Assembly: GCA_963666315.2 (NCBI GenBank)
Contig: CAXXHG010000036.1
Location: 1 to 64,000, forward strand
Reading direction: 5' to 3'
Source: Candidatus Binatia bacterium
Lineage (GTDB): Bacteria > Desulfobacterota > Binatia > Bin18
Length of the DNA: 64,000 nt
Numbering within the stretch: position 1 is the stretch's first letter; each line of letters begins with the position of its first letter. The notes below the pieces were generated by a model. That model had not been told where the DNA came from. It did not search any database and saw only the letters and a program-made list of their open reading frames with translations. Shown here in pieces: positions 1 to 11,772 of this stretch. A program made the translations under genes and the position numbers.

Positions 1-808
1 CCGTGAACGAAGCCACAACACTGCCGTACACGATGGCTTTCCGCAGCCCCGTCTCAGATACATCGTTGGACTCGGCCAAATAGCCGAGAAAGCCACCAGC
101 AAATGAATCGCCCGCCCCGGTGGGGTCGCTAACCTCTTCCAAAGGATAGGCAGGCACGGCAAAGACCGACTGCGGAGAAAAAAGTAGCGCCCCATACTCC
201 CCACGCTTGACCACTAGCATTTTGGGTCCCATCGTTAGGATTTGACGCGCCGCCCGGACCACATTGTGCGCGCCGCTGATCATCTGTGCTTCTCCATCAT
301 TGATGATCAACACATCAACCCGCTTGAGCACGGCTTCCAGGGCTGGACGCTCGTTCTCAATCCAGTGACTGATGGTATCGCAGCCGATGAGGCGTGGCTG
401 GGCGAGCTGATCCAATACACGACTTTGCAGACCAGGGTCAATATTGCCCAGAAAGACAAACGGGGTCTGGCGGTAGTGCTCAGGCAGCTGCGGTGCAAAA
501 TCCGCCACCACGTTCATTTGCAGGTCGAGCGTATCGCGCATATTGAGGTTTTCATGATAACGGCCTGTCCAACGGAACGTGCGCCCAGGGTGCACCTCAA
601 GCCCGTCAAGATTAATAGTCGGGGATATCAGGGTCGCCTTGGCCTCTTCGGGAAAGTCTTCGCCAACGACGGCTACCACGTTGACGGGTGCAAAATAACT
701 GGCCGCAACCGCAAAATAGGCGGCTGATCCACCCAAGACTTCATCGGCTCGACCAGACGGTGTTTCAAGCGAATCAAGGGCAACTGAGCCCACAACGACA
801 ATGCTCAT
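1..808 (-). CDS. PfkB family carbohydrate/nucleoside kinase (3' end runs off the window)
   Basis: Manual translation from ATG at 808 gives MSIVVVGSVALDSLETPSGRADEVLGGSATYFAVAASYF... and, near the window edge, DPTGAGDSFAGGF (PfkB signature 2). Not in the ORF track because the stop lies outside the window. Confidence 0.9.
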   Translation of the reverse strand, partial: MSIVVVGSVALDSLETPSGRADEVLGGSAAYFAVAASYFAPVNVVAVVGEDFPEEAKATLISPTINLDGLEVHPGRTFRWTGRYHENLNMRDTLDLQMNVVADFAPQLPEHYRQTPFVFLGNIDPGLQSRVLDQLAQPRLIGCDTISHWIENERPALEAVLKRVDVLIINDGEAQMISGAHNVVRAARQILTMGPKMLVVKRGEYGALLFSPQSVFAVPAYPLEEVSDPTGAGDSFAGGFLGYLAESNDVSETGLRKAIVYGSVVASFT

Positions 809-839
809 GCCATCACTCCCATATTCACCCAACTTCGCC

Positions 840-1700
840 TTACATATATTTGCCAATAATCGGCTCAAGTTCGGCTTTCACGCTTGCAGGGATCAGCAAC
901 CGATCCGTAATAATGGCGCCCTTGAGCGCTGTTTCGCATGAGCACACGTGGTCTGGTAAAAGCCGCCGCGCTGACCTGTGTACAATCCGTTTGGCGGTTT
1001 CAACATTCTTGTTCAATATGGCCAGCACATCCTCAATCACGACATCCCCAGCTTCAGTATTCCAGCAATCATAATCCGTGGCCAGGGCTAACGTCGCGAA
1101 GCAGATCTCGGCTTCACGGGCGAGTTTGGCCTCTTGTAAATTCGTCATGCCGATAATATCGGCCCCCCAACTGCGGTAGAGAAAAGACTCGGCACGTGTG
1201 GAGAATTGGGGACCCTCCATACAAATATATGTCCCGCCCTGATGGACTGTGACATCAATTTCTTGCTCTTGGCTCGCCTCGAATAAAGCTTGCGACAAAA
1301 GGGGGCAAATGGGGTCGGCAAACGCGACATGCGCAACAATGCCTCGGCCAAAGAAGGTGTCGATGCGTCCACGCGTGCGGTCAATGAACTGATCCGGAAT
1401 CACGATCTGCCCCGGCACAATCTCTTGTTTCAAACTCCCGACCGCACTCACAGCGATCAGTCGTCGGACACCAAGCTTTTTCATGCCATAGATATTCGCC
1501 CGGAAATTCAGCTCTGAGGGCAGAATGCGATGCCCCCGACCATGACGCGGAAGAAACACCACGTCTACACCATCCAACGCGCCGACAAAATACGCATCGG
1601 ATGGAGCACCAAACGGCGTCTCCACACTGACCCACTCGCCGTGCTCTATCCCGTCCATCCGGTACAGACCACTGCCGCCAATAACACCCAGGGTGATCAT
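840..1700 (-). CDS. mtnP: S-methyl-5'-thioadenosine phosphorylase
   Basis: GVIGGSGLY, PRHGRGH, MEGPQFSTRAES, GMTNLQEAKLAREAE and TDYDCW motifs. Start trimmed to MITLG (ATG 1700). Confidence 0.95.
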   Translation of the reverse strand: MITLGVIGGSGLYRMDGIEHGEWVSVETPFGAPSDAYFVGALDGVDVVFLPRHGRGHRILPSELNFRANIYGMKKLGVRRLIAVSAVGSLKQEIVPGQIVIPDQFIDRTRGRIDTFFGRGIVAHVAFADPICPLLSQALFEASQEQEIDVTVHQGGTYICMEGPQFSTRAESFLYRSWGADIIGMTNLQEAKLAREAEICFATLALATDYDCWNTEAGDVVIEDVLAILNKNVETAKRIVHRSARRLLPDHVCSCETALKGAIITDRLLIPASVKAELEPIIGKYM

Positions 1701-1722
1701 AGTTTCCTCATGTCGTCTTCTC

Positions 1723-2751
1723 TTACGCCGCGTGTTCCACAGACGCAGCAAGCTGGCCACACGCAGCCTGGACGTCTTGACCCCGACTCTCGCGTATCGT
1801 GGCGTGAACCCCGCGGTCAAGCAGGATTTGACGAAAGCGTTGCATCCGGACGCGCGGCGAGGAACGGAAAGCAGCACCGGGATAGGGATTAAATGGAATC
1901 AAGTTCACTTTCGCCCGGAGTCCATGCAGCAGCGCGACCAATCGTTTGGCGTCTGCGTCGTTATCATTAATCCCGTCAAACATGGTGTAGGCAAACGTGA
2001 GGCGCTTCCGGGGAGCAATCGGGAGTGTCCGACACGCTGCAAACAACACGGCTAAGGGGTAGCGGCGGTTAACCGGCATCAGTTCGTCCCGCAACGTATC
2101 GGTTGTCGCGGTTAAAGACACCGTCAAATTGACGTTTGTGTCCTGCAGCAGGCGTTGCATGGCCGGGACCAGGCCAACAGTTGAAACCGTGACACGGCGC
2201 GGCGAAAAATCAAATCCCCAGGCTTGCGTCAAAATAGTCAGCGCCTTGACGAGCTGTTCGTAGTTCGCCAACGGCTCGCCCATACCCATAAAGACCACAT
2301 TGGTGATCGCATCCTGCGCCGGTCTACGCTGCTCTACTTCCCAGATTTGGCTGACCATTTCTCCGGCAGTGAGATCGCGCACCGGTCGGACTTGAGCCGT
2401 AGCACAGAACTGACAGCCCATGGCGCAGCCGGCTTGGGATGATACACACAGCGTGCGGCGTTTCTCACTCGGAATAAACACACTCTCAATCCGCCGTCCG
2501 TCCGCAAGAGTAAACAGATATTTTTCTGTTCCGTCAGCCGCCAGCGTTTGCTGTATACACGTCAACCGTTGAATCGCAAAGTGCTGCTCCAGTATCTCCC
2601 GTAAGGCAACGGATACATCGCTCATAGCACTAAATGTATCCATGCGCTTCTGGTACAGCCACTTGAGGATCTGCCTGGCTCGAAAGGGTTTGTGTCCATG
2701 TTCGGTGAGCCAGCTCTCAAGCTCATCTTTGGTCAACTCTTTAATATCCAT
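1723..2751 (-). CDS. rlmN: Radical SAM 23S rRNA m2A2503 / tRNA m2A37 methyltransferase
   Basis: CVSSQAGCAMGCQFC cluster motif, MGMGEPL and C-terminal AACGQL. Confidence 0.97.
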   Translation of the reverse strand: MDIKELTKDELESWLTEHGHKPFRARQILKWLYQKRMDTFSAMSDVSVALREILEQHFAIQRLTCIQQTLAADGTEKYLFTLADGRRIESVFIPSEKRRTLCVSSQAGCAMGCQFCATAQVRPVRDLTAGEMVSQIWEVEQRRPAQDAITNVVFMGMGEPLANYEQLVKALTILTQAWGFDFSPRRVTVSTVGLVPAMQRLLQDTNVNLTVSLTATTDTLRDELMPVNRRYPLAVLFAACRTLPIAPRKRLTFAYTMFDGINDNDADAKRLVALLHGLRAKVNLIPFNPYPGAAFRSSPRVRMQRFRQILLDRGVHATIRESRGQDVQAACGQLAASVEHAA

Positions 2752-2831
2752 AGCTTAGACACGCTGAACGCTTGCGTAGAGACAGGGTCGTTTTCCTTAG
2801 CATCAGTTGAAAGCGGAACAACCAGAGACCG

Positions 2832-3248
2832 CTAGGCGAGATCTATACTACTAAAGAAATAGGCGATCTCCCACTGAGCGGTTTCTGGAGCATCAGAGCC
2901 ATGGACGGCATTCTGCTCGATATCCGTCGCAAAATCTTTCCGGATCGTGCCCTCGTCCGCCTCCTCGGGGTTGGTCGCGCCCATGATCTTGCGATTGCAC
3001 TGAATCGCCCCCTCGCCTTCGAGCACGGACATAAGAGCCGGGCCGGAAGACATGAACGAGGTCAGGCTATCAAAGAACGGGCGTTCTTTGTGCACGGCAT
3101 AAAACCCCTCGGCTTCGACTTTGCTGAGTGCGACCATTTTGCTCGCCACGATCTTCAACCCGGCGGCCTCAAAACGACGTAAAATCTCACCAATAGCATT
3201 CTTTCTAACTGCATCCGGTTTGATAATCGAAAGTGTACGTTCTGGCAT
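2832..3248 (-). CDS. ndk: Nucleoside diphosphate kinase
   Basis: [12 protein letters not shown] and NAVHGSD (catalytic His). Confidence 0.98.
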   Translation of the reverse strand: MPERTLSIIKPDAVRKNAIGEILRRFEAAGLKIVASKMVALSKVEAEGFYAVHKERPFFDSLTSFMSSGPALMSVLEGEGAIQCNRKIMGATNPEEADEGTIRKDFATDIEQNAVHGSDAPETAQWEIAYFFSSIDLA

Positions 3249-3294
3249 AACAGTCCTTTCTGTGCCTGGCACCCCTCCCCAAAGGGGTCAATGT

Positions 3295-4407
3295 TTAGGG
3301 CATATTCAAAGGTGGCGGAAGAGGCGTGAAATACAGACCGCAGCTCCGGTATGCCTGCTTGACCGCTTTCCAATCCGGCTGAACCTCGGTCAGCGTACGG
3401 CAAGCCAGCGCATGGCAGGCTTCTGCATAATACCCGAAACGCGTGGCCCGATCCTGGCAGCGTACGAACGTTGCTCGGGCCACTTTCGGCTGCGCTTGTA
3501 AAAAGGCCAACTCTCCCAGGCCTAAGCCGCAGTATACCGATCCACGTATATCTCGCGTCGCACGAAACAGCTGATGCGCGCGTCTGAAGGTGTCAGCGCT
3601 CCGTCCATAATCGCCCTGCATTTTGTGCACCGTGGCCATGGCCCAAACGGTATAGGCGAAACTGGCCTGATCGCCAATGCGCATATAGAGGCGTTCGGCT
3701 TTAGCAAACAGCCGCAGCGCGACTTTGTATTCCCGACGCATCCGTGCGGCATTCCCAAGGCCGCAATAGGAATAGGCGCGGCCATACACATCATCCTCGA
3801 TCTCAAACACGGCATGGGCTTCGGCGTAATAGCGCTGGGTATCGGGGAATCGGCCCATGAGCCGAGAGGCGCCACCTAAGCCGCACAGCGCATAGCCAGC
3901 ACCCAGCGTATCGCCCTCGCGTTGCCCCAGCTTGAGTGCCTGCTTGAAATGGGACAAGGCTTTTCTGAGATCACCACAAAAGCGATACGTACCGCCAATA
4001 GCCCACACAATAAAACCTTCCCGGTCGTACACTTTGGCACGGCGATACAGAGAACGCGCCTCAGATAAGTAGGCTAACGCCCGCTCTGGATTTCCCCGAG
4101 CACGCAGGCTGAGCCCAATTCCAGCCAGACTCTCTGCCCCACCCTCAATATCGGAAAGCTGAGCGGCGACTCGTCCCGCCCGCTCATAGGCCTGCCTCGC
4201 CAAACCATACTGCGCCATCATCCGTAAACAATCGCCAACGCCGAGCTGTGCATTCAGTTCATACTCGGCAGAATGCGCAGTTTTTGCCGCTCGCCAGGCC
4301 TGGTGATATAACTGCAGCGCCTCCGGAAAACGACTTTTCTGGCGGGCGCGTTCGCCTTGCAGGAATAGGCGTTCAGGCGTATGGGTCGAGGTAGTTCGGG
4401 TTGGCAT
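3295..4407 (-). CDS. Tetratricopeptide repeat protein
   Basis: About 8 TPR-like repeats of ~40 aa (LGVGDCLRMM, LAGIGLSLRA, WAIGGTYRF, CGLGGASRLM, CGLGNAARM). Lies between sucD and ndk. Confidence 0.85.
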   Translation of the reverse strand: MPTRTTSTHTPERLFLQGERARQKSRFPEALQLYHQAWRAAKTAHSAEYELNAQLGVGDCLRMMAQYGLARQAYERAGRVAAQLSDIEGGAESLAGIGLSLRARGNPERALAYLSEARSLYRRAKVYDREGFIVWAIGGTYRFCGDLRKALSHFKQALKLGQREGDTLGAGYALCGLGGASRLMGRFPDTQRYYAEAHAVFEIEDDVYGRAYSYCGLGNAARMRREYKVALRLFAKAERLYMRIGDQASFAYTVWAMATVHKMQGDYGRSADTFRRAHQLFRATRDIRGSVYCGLGLGELAFLQAQPKVARATFVRCQDRATRFGYYAEACHALACRTLTEVQPDWKAVKQAYRSCGLYFTPLPPPLNMP

Positions 4408-4414
4408 AGAACTC

Positions 4415-4442
4415 GTAGGGACGGTTTATAAACCGCCCCTAC
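4415..4442. repeat. GTAG-type REP-like palindrome
   Basis: GTAGGGACGGTTTATAAACCGCCCCTAC, near-perfect inverted repeat with GTAG/CTAC ends, between sucD and the TPR gene. Confidence 0.7.
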
Positions 4443-4476
4443 CCAGCGTAGCAAGATAATGATTGGACTCCGGCAC

Positions 4477-5346
4477 CTAGCCTAGCGCCGCAGCCATGGT
4501 TGTGCCCATCTCCGCCGGGCTTTGGATAATGGACACGCCTGCATCCCGAAAGGCCTGGACCTTCTCAGCTGCCGTCCCCTTACCACCGGCAATGATCGCA
4601 CCGGCGTGGCCCATCCGTTTGCCTTGAGGCGCGGTCTGGCCGGCAATAAACGCCGCTACAGGCTTCGTCATGTGCTCCTTGATGAACGTGGCAGCGTCTT
4701 CTTCAGCCGAGCCACCAATCTCGCCGATGAGTACCACGCCTTCGGTTTGCGGGTCATCTTGAAAGAGGCGCAGCACGTCGACAAAGCTCGTGCCGTTCAC
4801 TGGATCGCCGCCGATACCGACACAGGACGATTGACCGATACCCAACTGGGTGAGTTGATGCACCGCTTCATAGGTCAATGTGCCACTGCGCGATACCACG
4901 CCTATCGACCCAGGGGTATGGATATAGCCGGGCATAATGCCGATTTTACAGGCACCCGGCGTAATCACGCCGGGACAGTTGGGACCGATCAAGCGGGAGT
5001 GTCTCCCGTCCAAGTACCGTTTTACCCGAACCATATCCAGCACCGGAATGCCTTCAGTGATGCAGATGACTAACGCCACCTCAGCATCTGCCGCCTCCAT
5101 AATCGCATCCGCAGCAAACGGTGGCGGGACATAGATCACGGTCGCGTTCGCCCCGGTTTCCTCAACGGCTTGCGCAACCGTATTAAAAATAGGAATACCT
5201 TCAAAGTCCGTTCCGCCCCGACCGGGCGTGACGCCAGCCACCATTTGGGTGCCGTACTCCTGACATCCTCGGGTATGCAACTGGCCGGTGGAACCGGTAA
5301 TACCCTGGGTCAGGACCTTGGTATTTTTATCAACAAGAATGCTCAC
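4477..5346 (-). CDS. sucD: Succinyl-CoA synthetase alpha subunit
   Basis: [20 protein letters not shown] and RMGHAGA (phospho-His). Confidence 0.98.
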   Translation of the reverse strand: MSILVDKNTKVLTQGITGSTGQLHTRGCQEYGTQMVAGVTPGRGGTDFEGIPIFNTVAQAVEETGANATVIYVPPPFAADAIMEAADAEVALVICITEGIPVLDMVRVKRYLDGRHSRLIGPNCPGVITPGACKIGIMPGYIHTPGSIGVVSRSGTLTYEAVHQLTQLGIGQSSCVGIGGDPVNGTSFVDVLRLFQDDPQTEGVVLIGEIGGSAEEDAATFIKEHMTKPVAAFIAGQTAPQGKRMGHAGAIIAGGKGTAAEKVQAFRDAGVSIIQSPAEMGTTMAAALG

Positions 5347-5397
5347 GCGAGTACTCCTCGACTTCTCCTAATGCGCACCCTTCAGCGGGCTCGGAGG

Positions 5398-6561
5398 TTA
5401 CGCAGAAATTGCTGCTACGACCTTCTGGGCCGCATCAGCCAGGTCGTCCGCCGCGATAATGTCCAACCTGGATTCGGCTAAAATCTTTTTTCCAAGTTCC
5501 ACATTCGTCCCCTCTAATCGTACGACGAGAGGGATAGACAGATTGACCTGTTTTGCCGCTTCCACCACACCATTGGCAACCACATCACAGCGCATAATTC
5601 CACCAAAAATATTGACGAGTACGCCCTTTACCTTCTTATCCGATAGAATAATTTTGAAGGCCTCGGTGACTTTCTCCGCTGTGGCACCACCGCCGACGTC
5701 CAGAAAGTTGGCCGGCTCCGCTCCGTAGTGCTTGATAATATCCATGGTCGCCATGGCCAGCCCGGCACCATTCACCAAGCAGCCGATACTGCCGTCCAAG
5801 GCAATATAGTTGAGGTCAAATTCCGACGCCGCGACTTCTTTGTCGTTCTCTTCCGACACATCCCGCAGCTCACGGATGTCAGCATGCCGGAAGAGCGCAT
5901 TGTCATCAAAGCCAATCTTGGCGTCCAACGCGACTAGATCTCCGGATTTGGTCAACACCAATGGATTGATCTCCATCATGGAGGCATCACACTCGGAAAA
6001 TGCTCTGTACAGGCCGCGCATAAAAGCCACCGCCTTGTTGACACACTCCTGTGGCAAACCAAGGCCATACGCAAGCTGGCGGCCTTGAAAGTCTCCAAAC
6101 CCGACAGCGGGGTCTATAGTCGCGCGCAAAATCTTCTCCGGTGCGCGTTCGGCGACCTCCTCGATTTCCACGCCACCCTCGGAACTGGCCATTATGGTAA
6201 CCCGGGAAGTCGTCCGGTCTATGACGATGCCAAGATAAAACTCTTTCTCAATGTCACACCCTTGCTCGATAAAGACCTTATGAACCTCTTTGCCTTCCGG
6301 ACCGGTTTGGTGGGTCACCAGTATGGAGCCGAGCAGCGCCTGCGCATGTGCGCGCGCTTCTTGAGGCGTATGAGCAAGCTTCACCCCACCGGCCTTGCCT
6401 CGACCGCCGGCGTGGATCTGGGCTTTGACCACGCACAAACCACCACCGAGATCCTGGGCCGCAGCTTCGGCCTCGTCCGGTGTGGTGACCACCTTGCCTT
6501 CGAGAACGGCAACCCCGTATTTCCGCAGAACGTCTTTCGCCTGGTATTCGTGAATATTCAT
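5398..6561 (-). CDS. sucC: Succinyl-CoA synthetase beta subunit
   Basis: [35 protein letters not shown] and [10 protein letters not shown]. Confidence 0.98.
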   Translation of the reverse strand: MNIHEYQAKDVLRKYGVAVLEGKVVTTPDEAEAAAQDLGGGLCVVKAQIHAGGRGKAGGVKLAHTPQEARAHAQALLGSILVTHQTGPEGKEVHKVFIEQGCDIEKEFYLGIVIDRTTSRVTIMASSEGGVEIEEVAERAPEKILRATIDPAVGFGDFQGRQLAYGLGLPQECVNKAVAFMRGLYRAFSECDASMMEINPLVLTKSGDLVALDAKIGFDDNALFRHADIRELRDVSEENDKEVAASEFDLNYIALDGSIGCLVNGAGLAMATMDIIKHYGAEPANFLDVGGGATAEKVTEAFKIILSDKKVKGVLVNIFGGIMRCDVVANGVVEAAKQVNLSIPLVVRLEGTNVELGKKILAESRLDIIAADDLADAAQKVVAAISA

Positions 6562-6583
6562 ACGCGCTTACCCGTTGCTCCGC

Positions 6584-7553
<970 letters not shown>

Positions 7554-7762
7554 TCATTTGTAGATGCTGAAGGAGGGCAGTCCGTACGTCCGTCCTTAGC
7601 ATTCCGCTGTTAGGGGGACCTTTATTCAGTATGATTCTGGGGCAGGATGCCAAAATTCGCCCGGCCTGTCTAGGCCATAAGGTCCCTGAAAGACTGACAT
7701 TTGTCGATTTCGGGCTGCACGCCAGACGAGGATATAGCTGAGAATATGCCCGAGGTTATTTT

Positions 7763-7792
7763 CGTTCTCCTAGAACGCGTTCTAGGAGAACG
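7763..7792. repeat. Perfect 30-bp loopless palindrome
   Basis: CGTTCTCCTAGAACG-CGTTCTAGGAGAACG, just downstream of tsaB and upstream of mdh. Confidence 0.85.
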
Positions 7793-7813
7793 CATACACA
7801 TCCCATGTATTCT

Positions 7814-8503
7814 TCATCCGATTCTGCGATTCCGCTCAGCGTCTGAGCGGCGGATGTAGCGTGGCACGAGTTGAGACACATCATCGTGCTCACCACGCCG
7901 GAATCGTTCCCAGGCTAAACGGGCGACCACGCTCCCGCGCGGTGGGCTCTCATCAAGAGCAGCCAGTTGAGCACGCGTTCCGCAGTGTTCCTGGATTATA
8001 TCTCGGTAACGATCAACCCCGTCGCCAATAAACAGACACAAGGAAGAAACCTGTTCACACAAATCACGGGGAGAGAGTAGCGCGTCTTCTGTCAAGCGAC
8101 GGACAGAGCCTGCGTTATCACGCTCAAAGCAGGCGCTATAGACCTCACGTTTACGCGCGTCTAACACCACGCAGATTCGGCCAGTCCAGCCGTTTACACA
8201 ATGCGCAAGCGCCAAGAGCGTCGAAATGCCGGCAACACGCTGGGGCAAGGCATAGGCGAAGCCCTTGACTGTACTCAGTGCGATGCGGAGCCCCGAGAAG
8301 GCGCCGGGACCGATCGTCACACCAATGCCCTCCACCTCCGACAAGGTGACTTGGGCTAGCCTGAGGACCTGCGCTATCAGCGGCAGCAGATTTTCGGCAT
8401 GGCTAGACGTGACGGCATATGATCGTTCAGCCAAAACGGTTTTCTCTCGAATCAGGCCGACACTTGCAATCGGCGTAGCTGTGTCGATGCCGAGCACAAG
8501 CAT
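7814..8503 (-). CDS. tsaB: tRNA t6A biosynthesis protein TsaB
   Basis: LGIDTAT, HAENLLPLI, GPGAFSGLRI, DARKREVY and C-terminal PRYIR. Confidence 0.95.
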   Translation of the reverse strand: MLVLGIDTATPIASVGLIREKTVLAERSYAVTSSHAENLLPLIAQVLRLAQVTLSEVEGIGVTIGPGAFSGLRIALSTVKGFAYALPQRVAGISTLLALAHCVNGWTGRICVVLDARKREVYSACFERDNAGSVRRLTEDALLSPRDLCEQVSSLCLFIGDGVDRYRDIIQEHCGTRAQLAALDESPPRGSVVARLAWERFRRGEHDDVSQLVPRYIRRSDAERNRRIG

Positions 8504-8512
8504 GTCGGCATA

Positions 8513-9583
8513 TTAACTGACGAGACGCGAGATGTCGTTGTAAAAGACGAGGACAATCAGCGAGACTATCACCAGGAAGCCGACGCGCAGGGCCATTTCC
8601 TTGGAACGATTACTCAGCGGTCGGCCGAGCAGCAGCTCAATCAGGAGAAGCAACAGGTGACCGCCGTCGAGCACGGGGATAGGCAGCAGATTAAAGACGG
8701 CTAAATTCACATTAATAATTGCAGTAAAGCGCAGCAAATAGTCCATCCCCAGACGTGCCTGTTGACCGGCAACCTGAGCAATGAGAATGGGACCACCCAG
8801 CTCTTTGGTCGAGACTTCTCCACTCAGCAGCTTGACCACGCTGCCGAGGATAAGTTGTGTCCAAAGCCAGGTTTGCTCGCCCCCGAGCGTGATCGCCCGC
8901 CCGAGTGAAACATTCTCCGTCGTAAATACGCGTTCGATGCCGATCACATAGACTTGTCCGCCTACTGGGTTATCGCGGGGTTGGGGCGTAACCGTTATTT
9001 CAACGACTCGGCCACCGTTCGCCTTTTTGACCACGAGGGGGATTGCATTGCCTTGGCTGAGTTGAATATGCTCGGCCAACTCTTCCCACGTCTGAATCGC
9101 TGCTCTATCGACTTTAAGGATCTCGTCGCCCTGCTCCAAACCAGCGGCTTCGGCAGGCATATTTGCGACGACCCCACCAACTGTGGGCTGATCAACGGGG
9201 ACGTGCATACCAAATTGGGCAAAGGTCAGGCTAAAAACAACAAAGGCCATCAAAAAATTGGCAAGCGGGCCGGCACAAATTATCAGGAACCGCTGGGGCA
9301 AAGACTTGTGGGTGAAGGAGCGCTCGATCTGTGTGTCCTCAACCTCCTCACCCACTTCTTCGCCTATCATTTTGACATAGCCGCCGAGCGGGATGGCGCT
9401 GAGTACATATTCGGTCTCGCCGAACTGACGCCCGATCAATTTTGGACCAAACCCCAAGGAAAAACGTTCCACCCCGACCCCGACCCATTTGGCAGCCAGA
9501 AAGTGGCCAAGTTCGTGAACAAAAACAATTAAACCAAAGACAATAATGACTCTCAGCGCAACATCAATAGTCGATAGATCCAT
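8513..9583 (-). CDS. rseP: RIP metalloprotease RseP
   Basis: HELGH, FSLGFGP, PDZ domain and NLLPIPVLDGG. Confidence 0.97.
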   Translation of the reverse strand: MDLSTIDVALRVIIVFGLIVFVHELGHFLAAKWVGVGVERFSLGFGPKLIGRQFGETEYVLSAIPLGGYVKMIGEEVGEEVEDTQIERSFTHKSLPQRFLIICAGPLANFLMAFVVFSLTFAQFGMHVPVDQPTVGGVVANMPAEAAGLEQGDEILKVDRAAIQTWEELAEHIQLSQGNAIPLVVKKANGGRVVEITVTPQPRDNPVGGQVYVIGIERVFTTENVSLGRAITLGGEQTWLWTQLILGSVVKLLSGEVSTKELGGPILIAQVAGQQARLGMDYLLRFTAIINVNLAVFNLLPIPVLDGGHLLLLLIELLLGRPLSNRSKEMALRVGFLVIVSLIVLVFYNDISRLVS

Positions 9584-9612
9584 GCCCAGCTACTCCTCGT
9601 TTTCGGGCTAAC

Positions 9613-10404
9613 TTAATACAACAGATTATTATAGTAATAGATAAAGGCAACCGGGAAAAGCAAACTATCAATACGATCAAGCACACCGCCGTGGCCAGGG
9701 AAGAAGTGGCCCGAGTCTTTCACTTTACACGCCCGTTTCAAGGCAGACTCACACAAGTCGCCCAGCTGGGCCAACAGTCCAGCGATCAGCGCTACAGCGA
9801 CCAATTCGGGCCCAGATCGTTCGGGCAGCAACCAGTGCCAGGCAATCAGTCCGGCTGCGCAGTTCCCAAGAGTCGCTCCCACGCTGCCTGCTATCGTTTT
9901 TCCCGGACTGATATGTGGCAAGAGTTGCCGTTTCCCCCAGAGACGCCCAATCGCATAGCCTGCGCTATCCCCAAGCATGGCGACGAGGAAAATGAAAAAG
10001 ACCCACGCCGTCCCGTTCGGCCCACGATGCACCCACAGAAAATGCGGAAAAAGAAAGCCAATATACAGCACCCCAAGCAGGGTCAGGCTGATCGCTCGGA
10101 TCCCCCTCTCCGGCTGGCGATCACGTAAACTCGCAATAAACACCAGCATGACCCCTGCCGCAAATGCGGCGCCAACGAGCAAAGAATTGGACGTCCAGAT
10201 GGCTAAGGCGACCAGGAGACCCCACACGATGCCGAGAGTCGAAGGCAGTGAGTTTTGCGTACGGGTCAGTGAAAAATATTCGTATAATCCAATACCAGTC
10301 AGGCTGAGAATTGCGAGCGAGAAGCTCCATTCCGGAGCATACCCGACGAGATAGATAAGACAGGGGAGAACGATCGCCGTCGTTAGCAATCTAGCGCGCA
10401 GCAC
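9613..10404 (-). CDS. cdsA: Phosphatidate cytidylyltransferase
   Basis: ISPGKT, GDLCESALKR and KDSG...PGHGGVLDRIDS. Confidence 0.96.
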   Translation of the reverse strand: MLRARLLTTAIVLPCLIYLVGYAPEWSFSLAILSLTGIGLYEYFSLTRTQNSLPSTLGIVWGLLVALAIWTSNSLLVGAAFAAGVMLVFIASLRDRQPERGIRAISLTLLGVLYIGFLFPHFLWVHRGPNGTAWVFFIFLVAMLGDSAGYAIGRLWGKRQLLPHISPGKTIAGSVGATLGNCAAGLIAWHWLLPERSGPELVAVALIAGLLAQLGDLCESALKRACKVKDSGHFFPGHGGVLDRIDSLLFPVAFIYYYNNLLY

Positions 10405-11152
10405 GTTTCAGCTCAGTCTCTCCCCGCTGTTCGGCCGTTCGACCAAAGCGGCGATCCCGACTCTGATACTCGGCTAATGCCTGGAGAAAGGCGTCTCTAT
10501 CAAAATCCGGCCACAACGTCTCGGTCACGTAGATCTCAGTATAAGCGAGTTGCCACAGTAAGAAATTGCTGATGCGGAATTCGCCGCTCGTCCGTATCAG
10601 GAGATCAGGATCTGGAATATCCGCTGTCCACAGCGTATTACCTATAGTCTGTTCATCAATATCTTGCGGATCAAGCTGTCCTGTGCGGACCGCCTCGGCC
10701 AGACACTGTACTGCAGCAACGATCTCTTCCCGCGCACCGTAGCTGACCGCTAACACAACCGTCAGCCCGGTATTCTCTTTGGTCGCCGCAATCACATCGA
10801 GTAAAGACTTGCGCACATTCGCCGGCAGACGTTCCAGATCACCAACAGATCGTAACCGGATATTGTATCTCATCATCCGGCGCAATTCGCTGCGCAAATA
10901 CCGATTCAGCAGCCCCATGAGCGCGCGGACTTCGTGCGCCGGGCGCTGCCAATTCTCAGAGGAGAAAGCGTACAGAGTCAGATAGGAGAGACCTATTTCT
11001 CTGCTCGTCTCGACGATGTTCCGAACCGCTTCTTTGCCGCGCCTGTGGCCTTCAAGACGGCTCAGGCCGCGCCGTTGGGCCCAGCGGCCGTTCCCGTCCA
11101 TGATAACGGCAACATGACGGGGCAACCGATCTTTCTCAATAACAACGCTCAC
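10391..11152 (-). CDS. uppS: Undecaprenyl diphosphate synthase
   Basis: HVAVIMDGNGRWA, FSSENWQRP, RTSGEFRISNFLLWQ and RRFG. Confidence 0.98.
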   Translation of the reverse strand: MSVVIEKDRLPRHVAVIMDGNGRWAQRRGLSRLEGHRRGKEAVRNIVETSREIGLSYLTLYAFSSENWQRPAHEVRALMGLLNRYLRSELRRMMRYNIRLRSVGDLERLPANVRKSLLDVIAATKENTGLTVVLAVSYGAREEIVAAVQCLAEAVRTGQLDPQDIDEQTIGNTLWTADIPDPDLLIRTSGEFRISNFLLWQLAYTEIYVTETLWPDFDRDAFLQALAEYQSRDRRFGRTAEQRGETELKRAAR

Positions 11153-11214
11153 GCACTTGAATCAAAGGTTAGAGTGGATCTCTCGTTGGGATAGTCGAAC
11201 CAACACGGTGGCCA

Positions 11215-11772
11215 TTATACCGACATCAAGTCTTCTTCTTTGACCTTGAGTATCTGATCAAGATTTTCTATATATCCATTAGTCCTCTTCTGGACTTGAT
11301 CTTGGGCAGTATGCAATTCGTCTTCCGTAATGTCTTTATCCTTCTGCATTTCCTTGAGATAATCATTTGTATCCCTGCGATGGTTACGAAACGAGACCCG
11401 GTAGTCTTCGGCGATTTTACGGATCTTTCGGACCAACTCCTTGCGCCGCTCCTCCGTCAACTCTGGAATAGGAATCCGAATGATTTTCCCATCATTGACT
11501 GGGGTCAAGCCCAGGTCTGCGTGATAGATTGCTTTTTCAACATCGCCCATAACACTCTGATCATAGGGTTGAACAACAAGGAGACGCGCTTCAGGGGCAG
11601 ACAGGGAGGCCAGTTGGTTGAGCGGCGTGCGAGCACCGTAACAGTCGACCAGGACGCCTTCAATGAAGGATGTTGAAGCCCGACCGGTACGGACTTTGGC
11701 AAACTCCACGCGGAGCGACTCTAGTGTGTGCTGCATCTCTAGCTTCAGCTGCTCCAAGGCGGCGGCGATCAT
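11215..11772 (-). CDS. frr: Ribosome recycling factor
   Basis: RTGRAS and [12 protein letters not shown], in pyrH-frr-uppS synteny. Confidence 0.98.
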   Translation of the reverse strand: MIAAALEQLKLEMQHTLESLRVEFAKVRTGRASTSFIEGVLVDCYGARTPLNQLASLSAPEARLLVVQPYDQSVMGDVEKAIYHADLGLTPVNDGKIIRIPIPELTEERRKELVRKIRKIAEDYRVSFRNHRRDTNDYLKEMQKDKDITEDELHTAQDQVQKRTNGYIENLDQILKVKEEDLMSV

